DNA of 64,000 bases from Auanema rhodensis (taxonomy: Eukaryota > Animalia > Nematoda), in NCBI GenBank assembly GCA_964057225.1, contig OZ059895.1:17670001-17734000 (forward strand), read 5' to 3'. Shown piece after piece: positions 27,201-42,543 of this stretch; position 1 is the stretch's first letter, and each line of letters starts with the position of its first letter. The notes beneath the pieces are model-generated. The model ran no database searches and had not been told where the DNA came from. It saw only the letters and a program-made list of their open reading frames with translations. The position numbers and the translations under genes are program-made.

Positions 27201-30200
27201 AACATACATTCATCTTGCCTGGAGAAAAGATGGGCCGTTTGAATAGGACATAACATTCCATAGGTGAACTGATATTTTCCGAACAGTGTGCATGATTGTG
27301 GCAACACTGTGGATTCATCCACCTGTTCATACAAATGCGTTAATCGATGTTATTCATGATTGCCAGATTCGAATCACATATTTGGAGCATTTAAAGCTTT
27401 GTACAAGCCTTTATAGCTCAGTGGCAGAGCGTCTGTCTCGTAAACAGAAGGTCGACGGTTCAATCCCGTCTGAAGGCATGTTTTTATCGTTTTATTAAGT
27501 TTTCAAAGGTTGTCTACACCCATAACTGGTACGAGACTATTTTGTTCATGATTGCCAGATTCGAATCACGTATTTGGAGCATTTAAAGCTTTGTACAAGC
27601 CTTTATAGCTCAGTGGCAGAGCGTCTGTCTCGTAAACAATAGGTCGACGGTTCAATCCCGTCTGAAGGCATGTTTTTATCGTTTTATTAAGTTTTCATAA
27701 GTTGTCTACACCCATAAAAGGTACGAGACTATTTTGTTCATGATTGCCAGATTCGAATCACGTATTTGGAGCATTTAAAGCTTTGTACAAGCCTTCATAG
27801 CTCAGTGGCAGAGCGTCTGTCTCGTAAACAGAAGGTCGACGGTTCAATCCCGTCTGAAGGCATGTTTTTATAGTTTTATTAAGTTTTCAAAGGTTGTCTA
27901 CACCCATAACTGGTACGAGACTATTTTGTTCATGATTGCCAGATTCGAATCACGTATTTGGAGCATTCAAAGCTTTGTACAAGCCTTTATAGCTCAGTGG
28001 CAACCTAACAGACTCTAGATAGATCTTTTGCGAATCCTCGTGAAACAACGTCAAGGCGGTATTGTGTGAGTCAAGAAGTTGTGAACTTGACCAGAATGTT
28101 TTCTACGTGTTGCTTCTCCAAAATATGATCTTCTGAGATGCCAAAACATGCCTCCAGGCGGGATTGAACCACCGACCTTTGGTTTACAAGACCAACGCTC
28201 TGCCACTGAGCTATAGAGGCTTATGAACTATACGAAACATATTTTCATACAAGCGCAGCTTGTACGGAAACATGAGGTCTCAAGCTAAAGCAAAACTGCA
28301 TAATTTTTTAAGCTAAATCAAGGCCAAAACGAAAATTCAAATTTGCTTCGCGCAGTCGACGCTACTATTACTTTACCAGAAGTCAGAGTTTTTTAAAAAG
28401 TTAACGACCACGGCAGGATTCGAACCTACAATCTTCTGCTCCGTAGGCAGACGCGTTATCCATTGCGCCACGCGGCCACGTTATTAAGTTTCTTGTCGCT
28501 ATTCAAGACTTGCAGTCCAAGATACATTCATCTTGCCTGGAGAAAAGATGGGCCGTTTGAATAGGACATAACATTCCATAGGTGAACTGATATTTTCCGA
28601 ACAGTGTGCATGATTGTGGCAACACTGTGGATTCATCCACCTGTTCATACAAATGCGTTAATCGATGTTATTCATGATTGCCAGATTCGAATCACGTATT
28701 TGGAGCATTTAAAGCTTTGTACAAGCCTTTATAGCTCAGTGGCAGAGCGTCTGTCTCGTAAACAGAAGGTCGACGGTTCAATCCCGTCTGAAGGCATGTT
28801 TTTATAGTTTTATTAAGTTTTCAAAGGTTGTCTACACCCATAACTGGTACGAGACTATTTTGTTCATGATTGCCAGATTCGAATCACGTATTTGGAGCAT
28901 TCAAAGCTTTGTACAAGCCTTTATAGCTCAGTGGCAACCTAACAGACTCTAGATAGATCTTTTGCGAATCCTCGTGAAGCAACGTCAAGGCGGTATTGTG
29001 TGAGTCAAGAAGTTGTGAACTTGACCAGAATGTTTTCTACGTGTTGCTTCTCCAAAATATGATCTTCTGAGATGCCAAAACATGCCTCCAGGCGGGATTG
29101 AACCACCGACCTTTGGTTTACAAGACCAACGCTCTGCCACTGAGCTATAGAGGCTTATGAACTATACGAAACATATTTTCATACAAGCGCAGCTTGTACG
29201 GAAACATGAGGTCTCAAGCTAGAGCAAAACTGCATAATTTTTAAAGCTAAATCAAGGCCAAAACGAAAATTCAAATTTGCTTCGCGCAGTCGACGCTACT
29301 ATTACTTTACCAGAAGTCAGAGTTTTTAAAAAATTTAACGACCACGGCAGGATTCGAACCTACAATCTTCTGCTCCGTAGGCAGACGCGTTATCCATTGC
29401 GCCACGCGGCCACGTTATTAAGTTTCTTATCGCTATTCAAGACTTGCAGTCCAAGATACATTTATCTTGCCTGGAGAAAAGATGGGCCGTTTGAATAGGA
29501 CATAACATTCCATAGGTGAACTGATATTTTCCGAACAGTGTGCATGATTGTGGCAACACTGTGGATTCATCCACCTCTCATACAAATGCGTTAATCGATG
29601 TTATTCATGATTGCCAGATTCGATACACATATTTGGAGCATTTAAAGCTTTGTACAAGCCTTTATAGCTCAGTGGCAGAGCGTCTGTCTCGTAAACAGAA
29701 GGTCGACGGTTCAATCCCGTCTGAAGGCAAGTTTTTATCGTTTTATTAAGTTTTCAAAGGTTGTCTACACCCATAACTGGTACGAGACTATTTTGTTCAT
29801 GATTGCCAGATTCGAATCACGTATTTGGAGCATTTAAAGCTTTGTACAAGCCTTTATAGCTCAGTGGCAAAGCGTCTGTCTCGTAAACAGAAGGTCGACG
29901 GTTCAATCCCGTCTGAAGGCATGTTTTTATAGTTTCATTAAGTTTTCATAAGTTGTCTACACCCAAAAAAGGTACGAGACTATTTTGTTCATGATTGCCA
30001 GATTTGAATCACGTATTTGGAGCATTCAAAGCTTTGTACAAGCCTTTATAGCTCAGTGGCAACCTAACAGACTCTAGATAGATCTTTTGCGAATCCTCGT
30101 GAAGCAACGTCAAGGCGGTATTGTGTGAGTCAAGAAGTTGTGAACTTGACCAGAATGTTTTCTACGTGTTGCTTCTCCAAAATATGATCTTCTGAGATGC

Positions 30201-33200
30201 CAAAACATGCCTCAAGGCGGGATTGAACCACCGACCTTTGGTTTACAAGACCAACGCTCTGCCACTGAGCTATAGAGGCTTATGAACTATACGAAACATA
30301 TTTTCATACAAGCGCAGCTTGTACGGAAACATGAGGTCTCAAGCTAGAGCAAAACTGCATAATTTTTTAAGCTAAATCAAGGCCAAAACGAAAATTCAAA
30401 TTTGCTTCGCGCAGTCGACGCTACTATTACTTTACCAGAAGTCAGAGTTTTTTAAAAATTTAACGACCACGGCAGGATTCGAACCTACAATCTTCTGCTC
30501 CGTAGGCAGACGCGTTATCCATTGCGCCACGCGGCCACGTTATTAAGTTTCTTATCGCTATTCAAGACTTGCAGTCCAAGATACATTTATCTTGCCTGGA
30601 GAAAAGATGGGCCGTTTGAATAGGACATAACATTCCATAGGTGAACTGATATTTTCCGAACAGTGTGCATGATTGTGGCAACACTGTGGATTCATCCACC
30701 TGTTCATACAAATGCGTTAATCGATGTTATTCATGATTGCCAGATTCGATACACATATTTGGAGCATTTAAAGCTTTGTACAAGCCTTTATAGCTCAGTG
30801 GCAGAGCGTCTGTCTCGTAAACAGAAGGTCGACGGTTCAATCCCGTCTGAAGGCATGTTTTTATCGTTTTATTAAGTTTTCAAAGGTTGTCTACACCTAT
30901 AACTGGTACGAGACTATTTTGTTCATGATTGCCAGATTCGAATCACGTATTTGGAGCATTTAAAGCTTTGTACAAGCCTTTATAGCTCAGTGGCAGAGCG
31001 TCTGTCTCGTAAACAGAAGGTCGACGGTTCAATCCCGTCTGAAGGCATGTTTTTATAGTTTTATTAAGTTTTCATAAGTTGTCTACACCCAAAAAAGGTA
31101 CGAGACTATTTTGTTCATGATTGCCAGATTTGAATCACGTATTTGGAGCATTCAAAGCTTTGTACAAGCCTTTATAGCTCAGTGGCAGAGCGTCTGTCTC
31201 GTAAACAGAAGGTCGACGGTTCAATCCCGTCTGAAGGCATGTTTTTATCGTTTTATTAAGTTTTCATAAGTTGTCTACACCCATAAAAAGTACGAGCCTA
31301 TTTTGTTCATGATTGCCAGATTCGAATCACGTATTTGGAGCATTTAAAGCTTTGTACAAGCCTTTATAGCTCAGTGGCAGAGCGTCTGTCTCGTAAACAG
31401 AAGGTCGACGGTTCAGTCCCGTCTGAAGGCATGTTTTTATCGTTTTATTAAGTTTTCAAAGGTTGTCTACACCCATAACTGGTACGAGACTATTTTGTTC
31501 ATGATTGCCAGATTCGAATCACGTATTTGGAGCATTAAAAGCTTTCTACAAGCCTTTATAGCTCAGTGGCAGAGCGTCTGTCTCGTAAACAGAAGGTCGA
31601 CGGTTCAATCCCGTCTGAAGGCATGTTTTTATAGTTTTATTAAGTTTTCATAAGTTGTCTACACCCAAAAAAGGTACGAGACTATTTTGTTCATGATTGC
31701 CAGATTTGAATCACGTATTTGGAGCATTCAAAGCTTTGTACAAGCCTTTATAGCTCAGTGGCAACCTAACAGACTCTAGATAGATCTTTTGCGAATCCTC
31801 GTGAAGCAACGTCAAGGCGGTATTGTGTGAGTCAAGAAGTTGTGAACTTGACCAGAATGTTTTCTACGTGTTGCTTCTCCAAAATATGATCTTCTGAGAT
31901 GCCAAAACATGCCTCCAGGCGGGATTGAACCACCGACCTTTGGTTTACAAGACCAACGCTCTGCCACTGAGCTATAGAGGCTTATGAACTATACGAAACA
32001 TATTTTCATACAAGCGCAGCTTGTACGGAAACATGAGGTCTCAAGCTAGAGCAAAACTGCATAATTTTTTAAGCTAAATCAAGGCCAAAACGAAAATTCA
32101 AATTTGCTTCGCGCAGTCGACGCTACTATTACTTTACCAGAAGTCAGAGTTTTTTAAAAATTTAACGACCACGGCAGGATTCGAACCTACAATCTTCTGC
32201 TCCGTAGGCAGACGCGTTATCCATTGCGCCACGCGGCCACGTTATTAAGTTTCTTATCGCTATTCAAGACTTGCAGTCCAACATACATTCATCTTGCCTG
32301 GAGAAAAGATGGGCCGTTTGAATAGGACATAACATTCCATAGGTGAACTGATATTTTCCGAACAGTGTGCATGATTGTGGCAACACTGTGGATTCATCCA
32401 CCTGTTCATACAAATGCGTTAATCGATGTTATTCATGATTGCCAGATTCGAATCACATATTTGGAGCATTTAAAGCTTTGTACAAGCCTTTATAGCTCAG
32501 TGGCAGAGCGTCTGTATCGTAAACAGAAGGTCGACGGTTCAATCCCGTCTGAAGGCATGTTTTTATCGTTTTATTAAGTTTTCAAAGGTTGTCTACACCC
32601 ATAACTGGTACGAGACTATTTTGTTCATGATTGCCAGATTCGAATCACGTATTTGGAGCATTTAAAGCTTTGTACAAGCCTTCATAGCTCAGTGGCAGAG
32701 CGTCTGTCTCGTAAACAGAAGGTCGACGGTTCAATCCCGTCTGAAGGCATGTTTTTATCGTTTTATTAAGTTTTCATAAGTTGTCTACACCCATAAAAGG
32801 TACGAGACTATTTTGTTCATGATTGCCAGATTCGAATCACGTATTTGGAGCATTTAAAGCTTTGTACAAGCCTTTATAGCTCAGTGGCAGAGCGTCTGTC
32901 TCGTAAACAGAAGGTCGACGGTTCAATCCCGTCTGAAGGCATGTTTTTATCGTTTTATTAAGTTTTCATAAGTTATCTACACCCAAAAAAGGTACGAGAC
33001 TATTTTGTTCATGATTGCCAGATTCGAATCACGTATTTGGAGCATTTAAAGCTTTGTACAAGCCTTTATAGCTCAGTGGCAGAGCGTCTGTCTCGTAAAC
33101 AATAGGTCGACGGTTCAATCCCGTCTGAAGGCATGTTTTTATCGTTTTATTAAGTTTTCATAAGTTGTCTACACCCATAAAAGGTAGGGGACTATTTTGT

Positions 33201-36200
33201 TCATGATTGCCAGATTCGAATCACGTATTTGGAGCAATTAAAGCTTTGTACAAGCCTTTATAGCTCAGTGGCAACCTAACAGACTCTAGATAGATCTTTT
33301 GCCAATGCTCGTGAAACAACGTCAAGGCGGTACTGTGTGGGTCAAGAAGTTGTGAACTTGACCAGAATGTTTTCTACGTGTTGCTTCTCCAAAATATGAT
33401 CTTCTGAGATGCCAAAACATGCCTCCAGGCGGGATTGAACCACCGACCTTTGGTTTACAAGACCAACGCTCTGCCACTGAGCTATAGAGGCTTATGAACT
33501 ATACGAAACATATTTTCATACAAGCGCAGCTTGTACGGAAACATGAGGTCTCAAGCTAGAGCAAAACTGCATAATTTTTTAAGCTAAATCAAGGCCAAAA
33601 AGGAAATTCAAATTTGCTTCGCGCAGTCGACGCTACTATTACTTTACCAGAAGTCAGAGTTTTTTAAAAATTTAACGACCACGGCAGGATTCGAACCTAC
33701 AATCTTCTGCTCCGTAGGCAGACGCGTTATCCATTGCGCCACGCGGCCACGTTATTAAGTTTCTTATCGCTATTCAAGACTGGCAGTCCAAGATACATTC
33801 ATCTTGCCTAGAGAAAAGATGGGCCGTTTGAATAGGACATAACATTCCATAGGTGAACTGATATTTTCCGAACAGTGTGCATGATTGTGGCAACACTGTG
33901 GATTCATCCACCTGTTCATACAAATGCGTTAATCGATGTTATTCATGATTGCCAGATTCGAATCACATATTTGGAGCATTTAAAGCTTTGTACAAGCCTT
34001 TATAGCTCAGTGGCAGAGCGTCTGTCTCGTAAACAGAAGGTCGACGGTTCAATCCCGTCTGAAGGCATGTTTTTATCGTTTTATTAAGTTTTCAAAGGTT
34101 GTCTACACCCATAACTGGTACGAGACTATTTTGTTCATGATTGCCAGATTCGAATCATGTATTTGGAGCATTTAAAGCTTTCTACAAGCCTTTATAGCTC
34201 AGTGGCAACCTAACAGACTCTAGATAGATCTTTTGCGAATCCTCGTGAAGCAACGTCAAGGCGGTATTGTGTGAGTCAAGAAGTTGTGAACTTGACCAGA
34301 ATGTTTTCTACGTGTTGCTTCTCCAAAATATGATCTTCTGAGATGCCAAAACATGCCTCCAGGCGGGATTGAACCACCGACCTTTGGTTTACAAGACCAA
34401 CGCTCTGCCACTGAGCTATAGAGGCTTATGAACTATACGAAACATATTTTCATACAAGCGCAGCTTGTACGGAAACATGAGGTCTCAAGCTAGAGCAAAA
34501 CTGCATAATTTTTAAAGCTAAATCAAGGCCAAAACGAAAATTCAAATTTGCTTCGCGCAGTCGACGCTACTATTACTTTACCAGAAGTCAGAGTTTTTAA
34601 AAAATTTAACGACCACGGCAGGATTCGAACCTACAATCTTCTGCTCCGTAGGCAGACGCGTTATCCATTGCGCCACGCGGCCACGTTATTAAGTTTCTTA
34701 TCGCTATTCAAGACTTGCAGTCCAAGATACATTTATCTTGCCTGGAGAAAAGATGGGCCGTTTGAATAGGACATAACATTCCATAGGTGAACTGATATTT
34801 TCCGAACAGTGTGCATGATTGTGGCAACACTGTGGATTCATCCACCTCTCATACAAATGCGTTAATCGATGTTATTCATGATTGCCAGATTCGATACACA
34901 TATTTGGAGCATTTAAAGCTTTGTACAAGCCTTTATAGCTCAGTGGCAGAGCGTCTGTCTCGTAAACAGAAGGTCGACGGTTCAATCCCGTCTGAAGGCA
35001 AGTTTTTATCGTTTTATTAAGTTTTCAAAGGTTGTCTACACCCATAACTGGTACGAGACTATTTTGTTCATGATTGCCAGATTCGAATCACGTATTTGGA
35101 GCATTTAAAGCTTTGTACAAGCCTTTATAGCTCAGTGGCAAAGCGTCTGTCTCGTAAACAGAAGGTCGACGGTTCAATCCCGTCTGAAGGCATGTTTTTA
35201 TAGTTTCATTAAGTTTTCATAAGTTGTCTACACCCAAAAAAGGTACGAGACTATTTTGTTCATGATTGCCAGATTTGAATCACGTATTTGGAGCATTCAA
35301 AGCTTTGTACAAGCCTTTATAGCTCAGTGGCAACCTAACAGACTCTAGATAGATCTTTTGCGAATCCTCGTGAAGCAACGTCAAGGCGGTATTGTGTGAG
35401 TCAAGAAGTTGTGAACTTGACCAGAATGTTTTCTACGTGTTGCTTCTCCAAAATATGATCTTCTGAGATGCCAAAACATGCCTCAAGGCGGGATTGAACC
35501 ACCGACCTTTGGTTTACAAGACCAACGCTCTGCCACTGAGCTATAGAGGCTTATGAACTATACGAAACATATTTTCATACAAGCGCAGCTTGTACGGAAA
35601 CATGAGGTCTCAAGCTAGAGCAAAACTGCATAATTTTTTAAGCTAAATCAAGGCCAAAACGAAAATTCAAATTTGCTTCGCGCAGTCGACGCTACTATTA
35701 CTTTACCAGAAGTCAGAGTTTTTTAAAAATTTAACGACCACGGCAGGATTCGAACCTACAATCTTCTGCTCCGTAGGCAGACGCGTTATCCATTGCGCCA
35801 CGCGGCCACGTTATTAAGTTTCTTATCGCTATTCAAGACTTGCAGTCCAAGATACATTTATCTTGCCTGGAGAAAAGATGGGCCGTTTGAATAGGACATA
35901 ACATTCCATAGGTGAACTGATATTTTCCGAACAGTGTGCATGATTGTGGCAACACTGTGGATTCATCCACCTGTTCATACAAATGCGTTAATCGATGTTA
36001 TTCATGATTGCCAGATTCGATACACATATTTGGAGCATTTAAAGCTTTGTACAAGCCTTTATAGCTCAGTGGCAGAGCGTCTGTCTCGTAAACAGAAGGT
36101 CGACGGTTCAATCCCGTCTGAAGGCATGTTTTTATCGTTTTATTAAGTTTTCAAAGGTTGTCTACACCTATAACTGGTACGAGACTATTTTGTTCATGAT

Positions 36201-39200
36201 TGCCAGATTCGAATCACGTATTTGGAGCATTTAAAGCTTTGTACAAGCCTTTATAGCTCAGTGGCAGAGCGTCTGTCTCGTAAACAGAAGGTCGACGGTT
36301 CAATCCCGTCTGAAGGCATGTTTTTATAGTTTTATTAAGTTTTCATAAGTTGTCTACACCCAAAAAAGGTACGAGACTATTTTGTTCATGATTGCCAGAT
36401 TTGAATCACGTATTTGGAGCATTCAAAGCTTTGTACAAGCCTTTATAGCTCAGTGGCAGAGCGTCTGTCTCGTAAACAGAAGGTCGACGGTTCAATCCCG
36501 TCTGAAGGCATGTTTTTATCGTTTTATTAAGTTTTCATAAGTTGTCTACACCCATAAAAAGTACGAGCCTATTTTGTTCATGATTGCCAGATTCGAATCA
36601 CGTATTTGGAGCATTTAAAGCTTTGTACAAGCCTTTATAGCTCAGTGGCAGAGCGTCTGTCTCGTAAACAGAAGGTCGACGGTTCAATCCCGTCTGAAGG
36701 CATGTTTTTATCGTTTTATTAAGTTTTCATAAGTTGTCTACACCCATAAAAGGTACGAGACTATTTTGTTCATGATTGCCAGATTCGAATCACGTATTTG
36801 GAGCATTTAAAGCTTTGTACAAGCCTTTATAGCTCAGTGGCAGAGCGTCTGTCTCGTAAACAGAAGGTCGACGGTTCAATCCCGTCTGAAGGCATGTTTT
36901 TATAGTTTTATTAAGTTTTCATAAGTTGTCTACACCCAAAAAAGGTACGAGACTATTTTGTTCATAATTGCCAGATTCGAATCACGTATTTGGAGCATTT
37001 AAAGCTTTGTACAAGCCTTTATAGCTCAGTGGCAGAGCGTCTGTCTCGTAAACAGAAGGTCGACGGTTCAGTCCCGTCTGAAGGCATGTTTTTATCGTTT
37101 TATTAAGTTTTCAAAGGTTGTCTACACCCATAACTGGTACGAGACTATTTTGTTCATGATTGCCAGATTCGAATCACGTATTTGGAGCATTAAAAGCTTT
37201 CTACAAGCCTTTATAGCTCAGTGGCAGAGCGTCTGTCTCGTAAACAGAAGGTCGACGGTTCAATCCCGTCTGAAGGCATGTTTTTATAGTTTTATTAAGT
37301 TTTCATAAGTTGTCTACACCCAAAAAAGGTACGAGACTATTTTGTTCATGATTGCCAGATTTGAATCACGTATTTGGAGCATTCAAAGCTTTGTACAAGC
37401 CTTTATAGCTCAGTGGCAACCTAACAGACTCTAGATAGATCTTTTGCGAATCCTCGTGAAGCAACGTCAAGGCGGTATTGTGTGAGTCAAGAAGTTGTGA
37501 ACTTGACCAGAATGTTTTCTACGTGTTGCTTCTCCAAAATATGATCTTCTGAGATGCCAAAACATGCCTCCAGGCGGGATTGAACCACCGACCTTTGGTT
37601 TACAAGACCAACGCTCTGCCACTGAGCTATAGAGGCTTATGAACTATACGAAACATATTTTCATACAAGCGCAGCTTGTACGGAAACATGAGGTCTCAAG
37701 CTAGAGCAAAACTGCATAATTTTTTAAGCTAAATCAAGGCCAAAACGAAAATTCAAATTTGCTTCGCGCAGTCGACGCTACTATTACTTTACCAGAAGTC
37801 AGAGTTTTTTAAAAATTTAACGACCACGGCAGGATTCGAACCTACAATCTTCTGCTCCGTAGGCAGACGCGTTATCCATTGCGCCACGCGGCCACGTTAT
37901 TAAGTTTCTTATCGCTATTCAAGACTTGCAGTCCAACATACATTCATCTTGCCTGGAGAAAAGATGGGCCGTTTGAATAGGACATAACATTCCATAGGTG
38001 AACTGATATTTTCCGAACAGTGTGCATGATTGTGGCAACACTGTGGATTCATCCACCTGTTCATACAAATGCGTTAATCGATGTTATTCATGATTGCCAG
38101 ATTCGAATCACATATTTGGAGCATTTAAAGCTTTGTACAAGCCTTTATAGCTCAGTGGCAGAGCGTCTGTATCGTAAACAGAAGGTCGACGGTTCAATCC
38201 CGTCTGAAGGCATGTTTTTATCGTTTTATTAAGTTTTCAAAGGTTGTCTACACCCATAACTGGTACGAGACTATTTTGTTCATGATTGCCAGATTCGAAT
38301 CACGTATTTGGAGCATTTAAAGCTTTGTACAAGCCTTCATAGCTCAGTGGCAGAGCGTCTGTCTCGTAAACAGAAGGTCGACGGTTCAATCCCGTCTGAA
38401 GGCATGTTTTTATCGTTTTATTAAGTTTTCATAAGTTGTCTACACCCATAAAAGGTACGAGACTATTTTGTTCATGATTGCCAGATTCGAATCACGTATT
38501 TGGAGCATTTAAAGCTTTGTACAAGCCTTTATAGCTCAGTGGCAGAGCGTCTGTCTCGTAAACAGAAGGTCGACGGTTCAATCCCGTCTGAAGGCATGTT
38601 TTTATCGTTTTATTAAGTTTTCATAAGTTATCTACACCCAAAAAAGGTACGAGACTATTTTGTTCATGATTGCCAGATTCGAATCACGTATTTGGAGCAT
38701 TTAAAGCTTTGTACAAGCCTTTATAGCTCAGTGGCAGAGCGTCTGTCTCGTAAACAATAGGTCGACGGTTCAATCCCGTCTGAAGGCATGTTTTTATCGT
38801 TTTATTAAGTTTTCATAAGTTGTCTACACCCATAAAAGGTAGGGGACTATTTTGTTCATGATTGCCAGATTCGAATCACGTATTTGGAGCAATTAAAGCT
38901 TTGTACAAGCCTTTATAGCTCAGTGGCAACCTAACAGACTCTAGATAGATCTTTTGCCAATGCTCGTGAAACAACGTCAAGGCGGTACTGTGTGGGTCAA
39001 GAAGTTGTGAACTTGACCAGAATGTTTTCTACGTGTTGCTTCTCCAAAATATGATCTTCTGAGATGCCAAAACATGCCTCCAGGCGGGATTGAACCACCG
39101 ACCTTTGGTTTACAAGACCAACGCTCTGCCACTGAGCTATAGAGGCTTATGAACTATACGAAACATATTTTCATACAAGCGCAGCTTGTACGGAAACATG

Positions 39201-40584
39201 AGGTCTCAAGCTAGAGCAAAACTGCATAATTTTTTAAGCTAAATCAAGGCCAAAAAGAAAATTCAAATTTGCTTCGCGCAGTCGACGCTACTATTACTTT
39301 ACCAGAAGTCAGAGTTTTTTAAAAATTTAACGACCACGGCAGGATTCGAACCTACAATCTTCTGCTCCGTAGGCAGACGCGTTATCCATTGCGCCACGCG
39401 GCCACGTTATTAAGTTTCTTATCGCTATTCAAGACTGGCAGTCCAAGATACATTCATCTTGCCTAGAGAAAAGATGGGCCGTTTGAATAGGACATAACAT
39501 TCCATAGGTGAACTGATATTTTCCGAACAGTGTGCATGATTGTGGCAACACTGTGGATTCATCCACCTGTTCATACAAATGCGTTAATCGATGTTATTCA
39601 TGATTGCCAGATTCGAATCACATATTTGGAGCATTTAAAGCTTTGTACAAGCCTTTATAGCTCAGTGGCAGAGCGTCTGTCTCGTAAACAGAAGGTCGAC
39701 GGTTCAATCCCGTCTGAAGGCATGTTTTTATCGTTTTATTAAGTTTTCAAAGGTTGTCTACACCCATAACTGGTACGAGACTATTTTGTTCATGATTGCC
39801 AGATTCGAATCATGTATTTGGAGCATTTAAAGCTTTCTACAAGCCTTTATAGCTCAGTGGCAACCTAACAGACTCTAGATAGATCTTTTGCGAATCTTCG
39901 TGAAACAACGTCAAGGCGGTATTGTGTGAGTCAAGAAGTTGTGAACTTGACCAGAATGTTTTCTACGTGTTGCTTCTCCAAAATATGATCTTCTGAGATG
40001 CCAAAACATGCCTCCAGGCGGGATTGAACCACCGACCTTTGGTTTACAAGACCAACGCTCTGCCACTGAGCTATAGAGGCTTATGAACTATACAAAACAT
40101 ATTTTCATACAAGCGCAGCTTGTACGGAAACATGAGGTCTCAAGCTAGAGCAAAACTGCATAATATTTTAAGCTAAATCAAGGCCAAAACGAAAATTCAA
40201 ATTTGCTTCGCGCAGTCGACGCTACTATTACTTTACCAGAAGTCAGAGTTTTTTAAAAATTTAACGACCACGGCAGGATTCGAACCTACAATCTTCTGCT
40301 CCGTAGGCAGACGCGTTATCCATTGCGCCACGCGGCCACGTTATTAAGTTTCTTATCGCTATTCAAGACTTGCAGTCCAAGATACATTCATCTTGCCTGG
40401 AGAAAAGATGGGCCGTTTGAATAGGACATAACATTCCATAGGAGAACTGATATTTTCCGAACAGTGTGCATGATTGTGGCAACACTGTGGATTCATCCAC
40501 CTGTTCATACAAATGCGTTAATCGATGTTATTCATGATTGCCAGATTCGAATCACATATTTGGAGCATTTAAAGCTTTGTACAA

Positions 40585-42384
40585 GCCTTTATAGCTCACT
40601 GGCAGAGCGTCTGTCTCGTAAACAGAAGGTCGACGGTTCAATCCCGTCTGAAGGCATGTTTTTATCGTTTTATTAAGTTTTCAAAGGTTGTCTACACCCA
40701 TAACTGGTACGAGACTATTTTGTTCATGATTGCCAGATTCGAATCACGTATTTGGAGCATTTAAAGCTTTGTACAAGCCTTTATAGCTCAGTGGCAGAGC
40801 GTCTGTCTCGTAAACAGAAGGTCGACGGTTCAATCCCGTCTGAAGGCATGTTTTTATCGTTTTATTAAGTTCTCATAAGTTGTCTACACCCAAAAAAGGT
40901 ACGAGACTATTTTGTTCATGATTGCCAGATTCGAATCACGTATTTGGAGCATTTAAAGCTTTGTACAAGCCTTTATAGCTCAGTGGCAGAGCGTCTGTCT
41001 CGTAAACAGAAGGTCGACGGTTCAATCCCGTCTGAAGGCATGTTTTTATCGTTTTATTAAGTTTTCATAAGTTGTCTACACCCAAAAAAGGTACGAGACT
41101 ATTTTGTTCATGATTGCCAGATTCGAATCACGTATTTGGAGCATTTAAAGCTTTGTACAAGCCTTTATAGCTCAGTGGCAGAGCGTCTGTCTCGTAAACA
41201 GAAGGTCGACGGTTCAATCCCGTCTGAAGGCATGTTTTTATCGTTTTATTAAGTTTTCATAAGTTGTCTACACCCAAAAAAGGTACGAGACTATTTTGTT
41301 CATGATTGCCAGATTCGAATCACGTATTTGGAGCATTTAAAGCTTTGTACAAGCCTTTATAGCTCAGTGGCAGAGCGTCTGTCTCGTAAACAGAAGGTCG
41401 ACGGTTCAATCCCGTCTGAAGGCATGTTTTTATCGTTTTATTAAGTTTTCATAAGTTGTCTACACCCAAAAAAGGTACGAGACTATTTTGTTCATGATTG
41501 CCAGATTCGAATCACGTATTTGGAGCATTTAAAGCTTTGTACAAGCCTTTATAGCTCAGTGGCAGAGCGTCTGTCTCGTAAACAGAAGGTCGACGGTTCA
41601 ATCCCGTCTGAAGGCATGTTTTTATCGTTTTATTAAGTTTTCATAAGTTGTCTACACCCAAAAAAAGTACGAGACTATTTTGTTCATGATTGCCAGATTC
41701 GAATCACATATTTGGAGCATTTAAAGCTTTGTACAAGCCTTTATAGCTCAGTGGCAGAGCGTCTGTCTCGTAAACAGAAGGTCGACGGTTCAATCCCGTC
41801 TGAAGGCATGTTTTTATCGTTTTATTAAGTTTTCATAAGTTGTCTACACCCAAAAAAGGTACGAGACTATTTTGTTCATGATTGCCAGATTCGAATCACG
41901 TATTTGGAGCATTTAAAGCTTTGTACAAGCCTTTATAGCTCAGTGGCAGAGCGTCTGTCTCGTAAACAGAAGGTCGACGGTTCAATCCCGTCTGAAGGCA
42001 TGTTTTTATCGTTTTATTAAGTTTTCATAAGTTGTCTACACCCAAAAAAGGTACGAGACTATTTTGTTCATGATTGCCAGATTCGAATCACATATTTGGA
42101 GCATTTAAAGCTTTGTACAAGCCTTTATAGCTCAGTGGCAGAGCGTCTGTCTCGTAAACAGAAGGTCGACGGTTCAATCCCGTCTGAAGGCATGTTTTTA
42201 TCGTTTTATTAAGTTTTCATAAGTTGTCTACAACCAAAAAAGGTACGAGACTATTTTGTTCATGATTGCCAGATTCGAATCACGTATTTGGAGCATTTAA
42301 AGCTTTGTACAAGCCTTTATAGCTCAGTGGCAGAGCGTCTGTCTCGTAAACAGAAGGTCGACGGTTCAATCCCGTCTGAAGGCA
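40585..42384 (+). tRNA. Run of 10 head-to-tail tRNA-Thr(CGT) genes at 192-bp spacing (longest uninterrupted run)
   Basis: Starts at 40585, 40777, 40969, 41161, 41353, 41545, 41737, 41929, 42121 and 42313. Confidence 0.93.
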
Positions 42385-42543
42385 TGTTTTTATCGTTTTA
42401 TTAAGTTTTCATAAGTTGTCTACACCCAAAAAAGGTACGAGACTATTTTGTTCATGATTGCCAGATTCGAATCACGTATTTGGAGCATTTAAAGCTTTGT
42501 ACAAGCCTTTATAGCTCAGTGGCAGAGCGTCTGTCTCGTAAAC

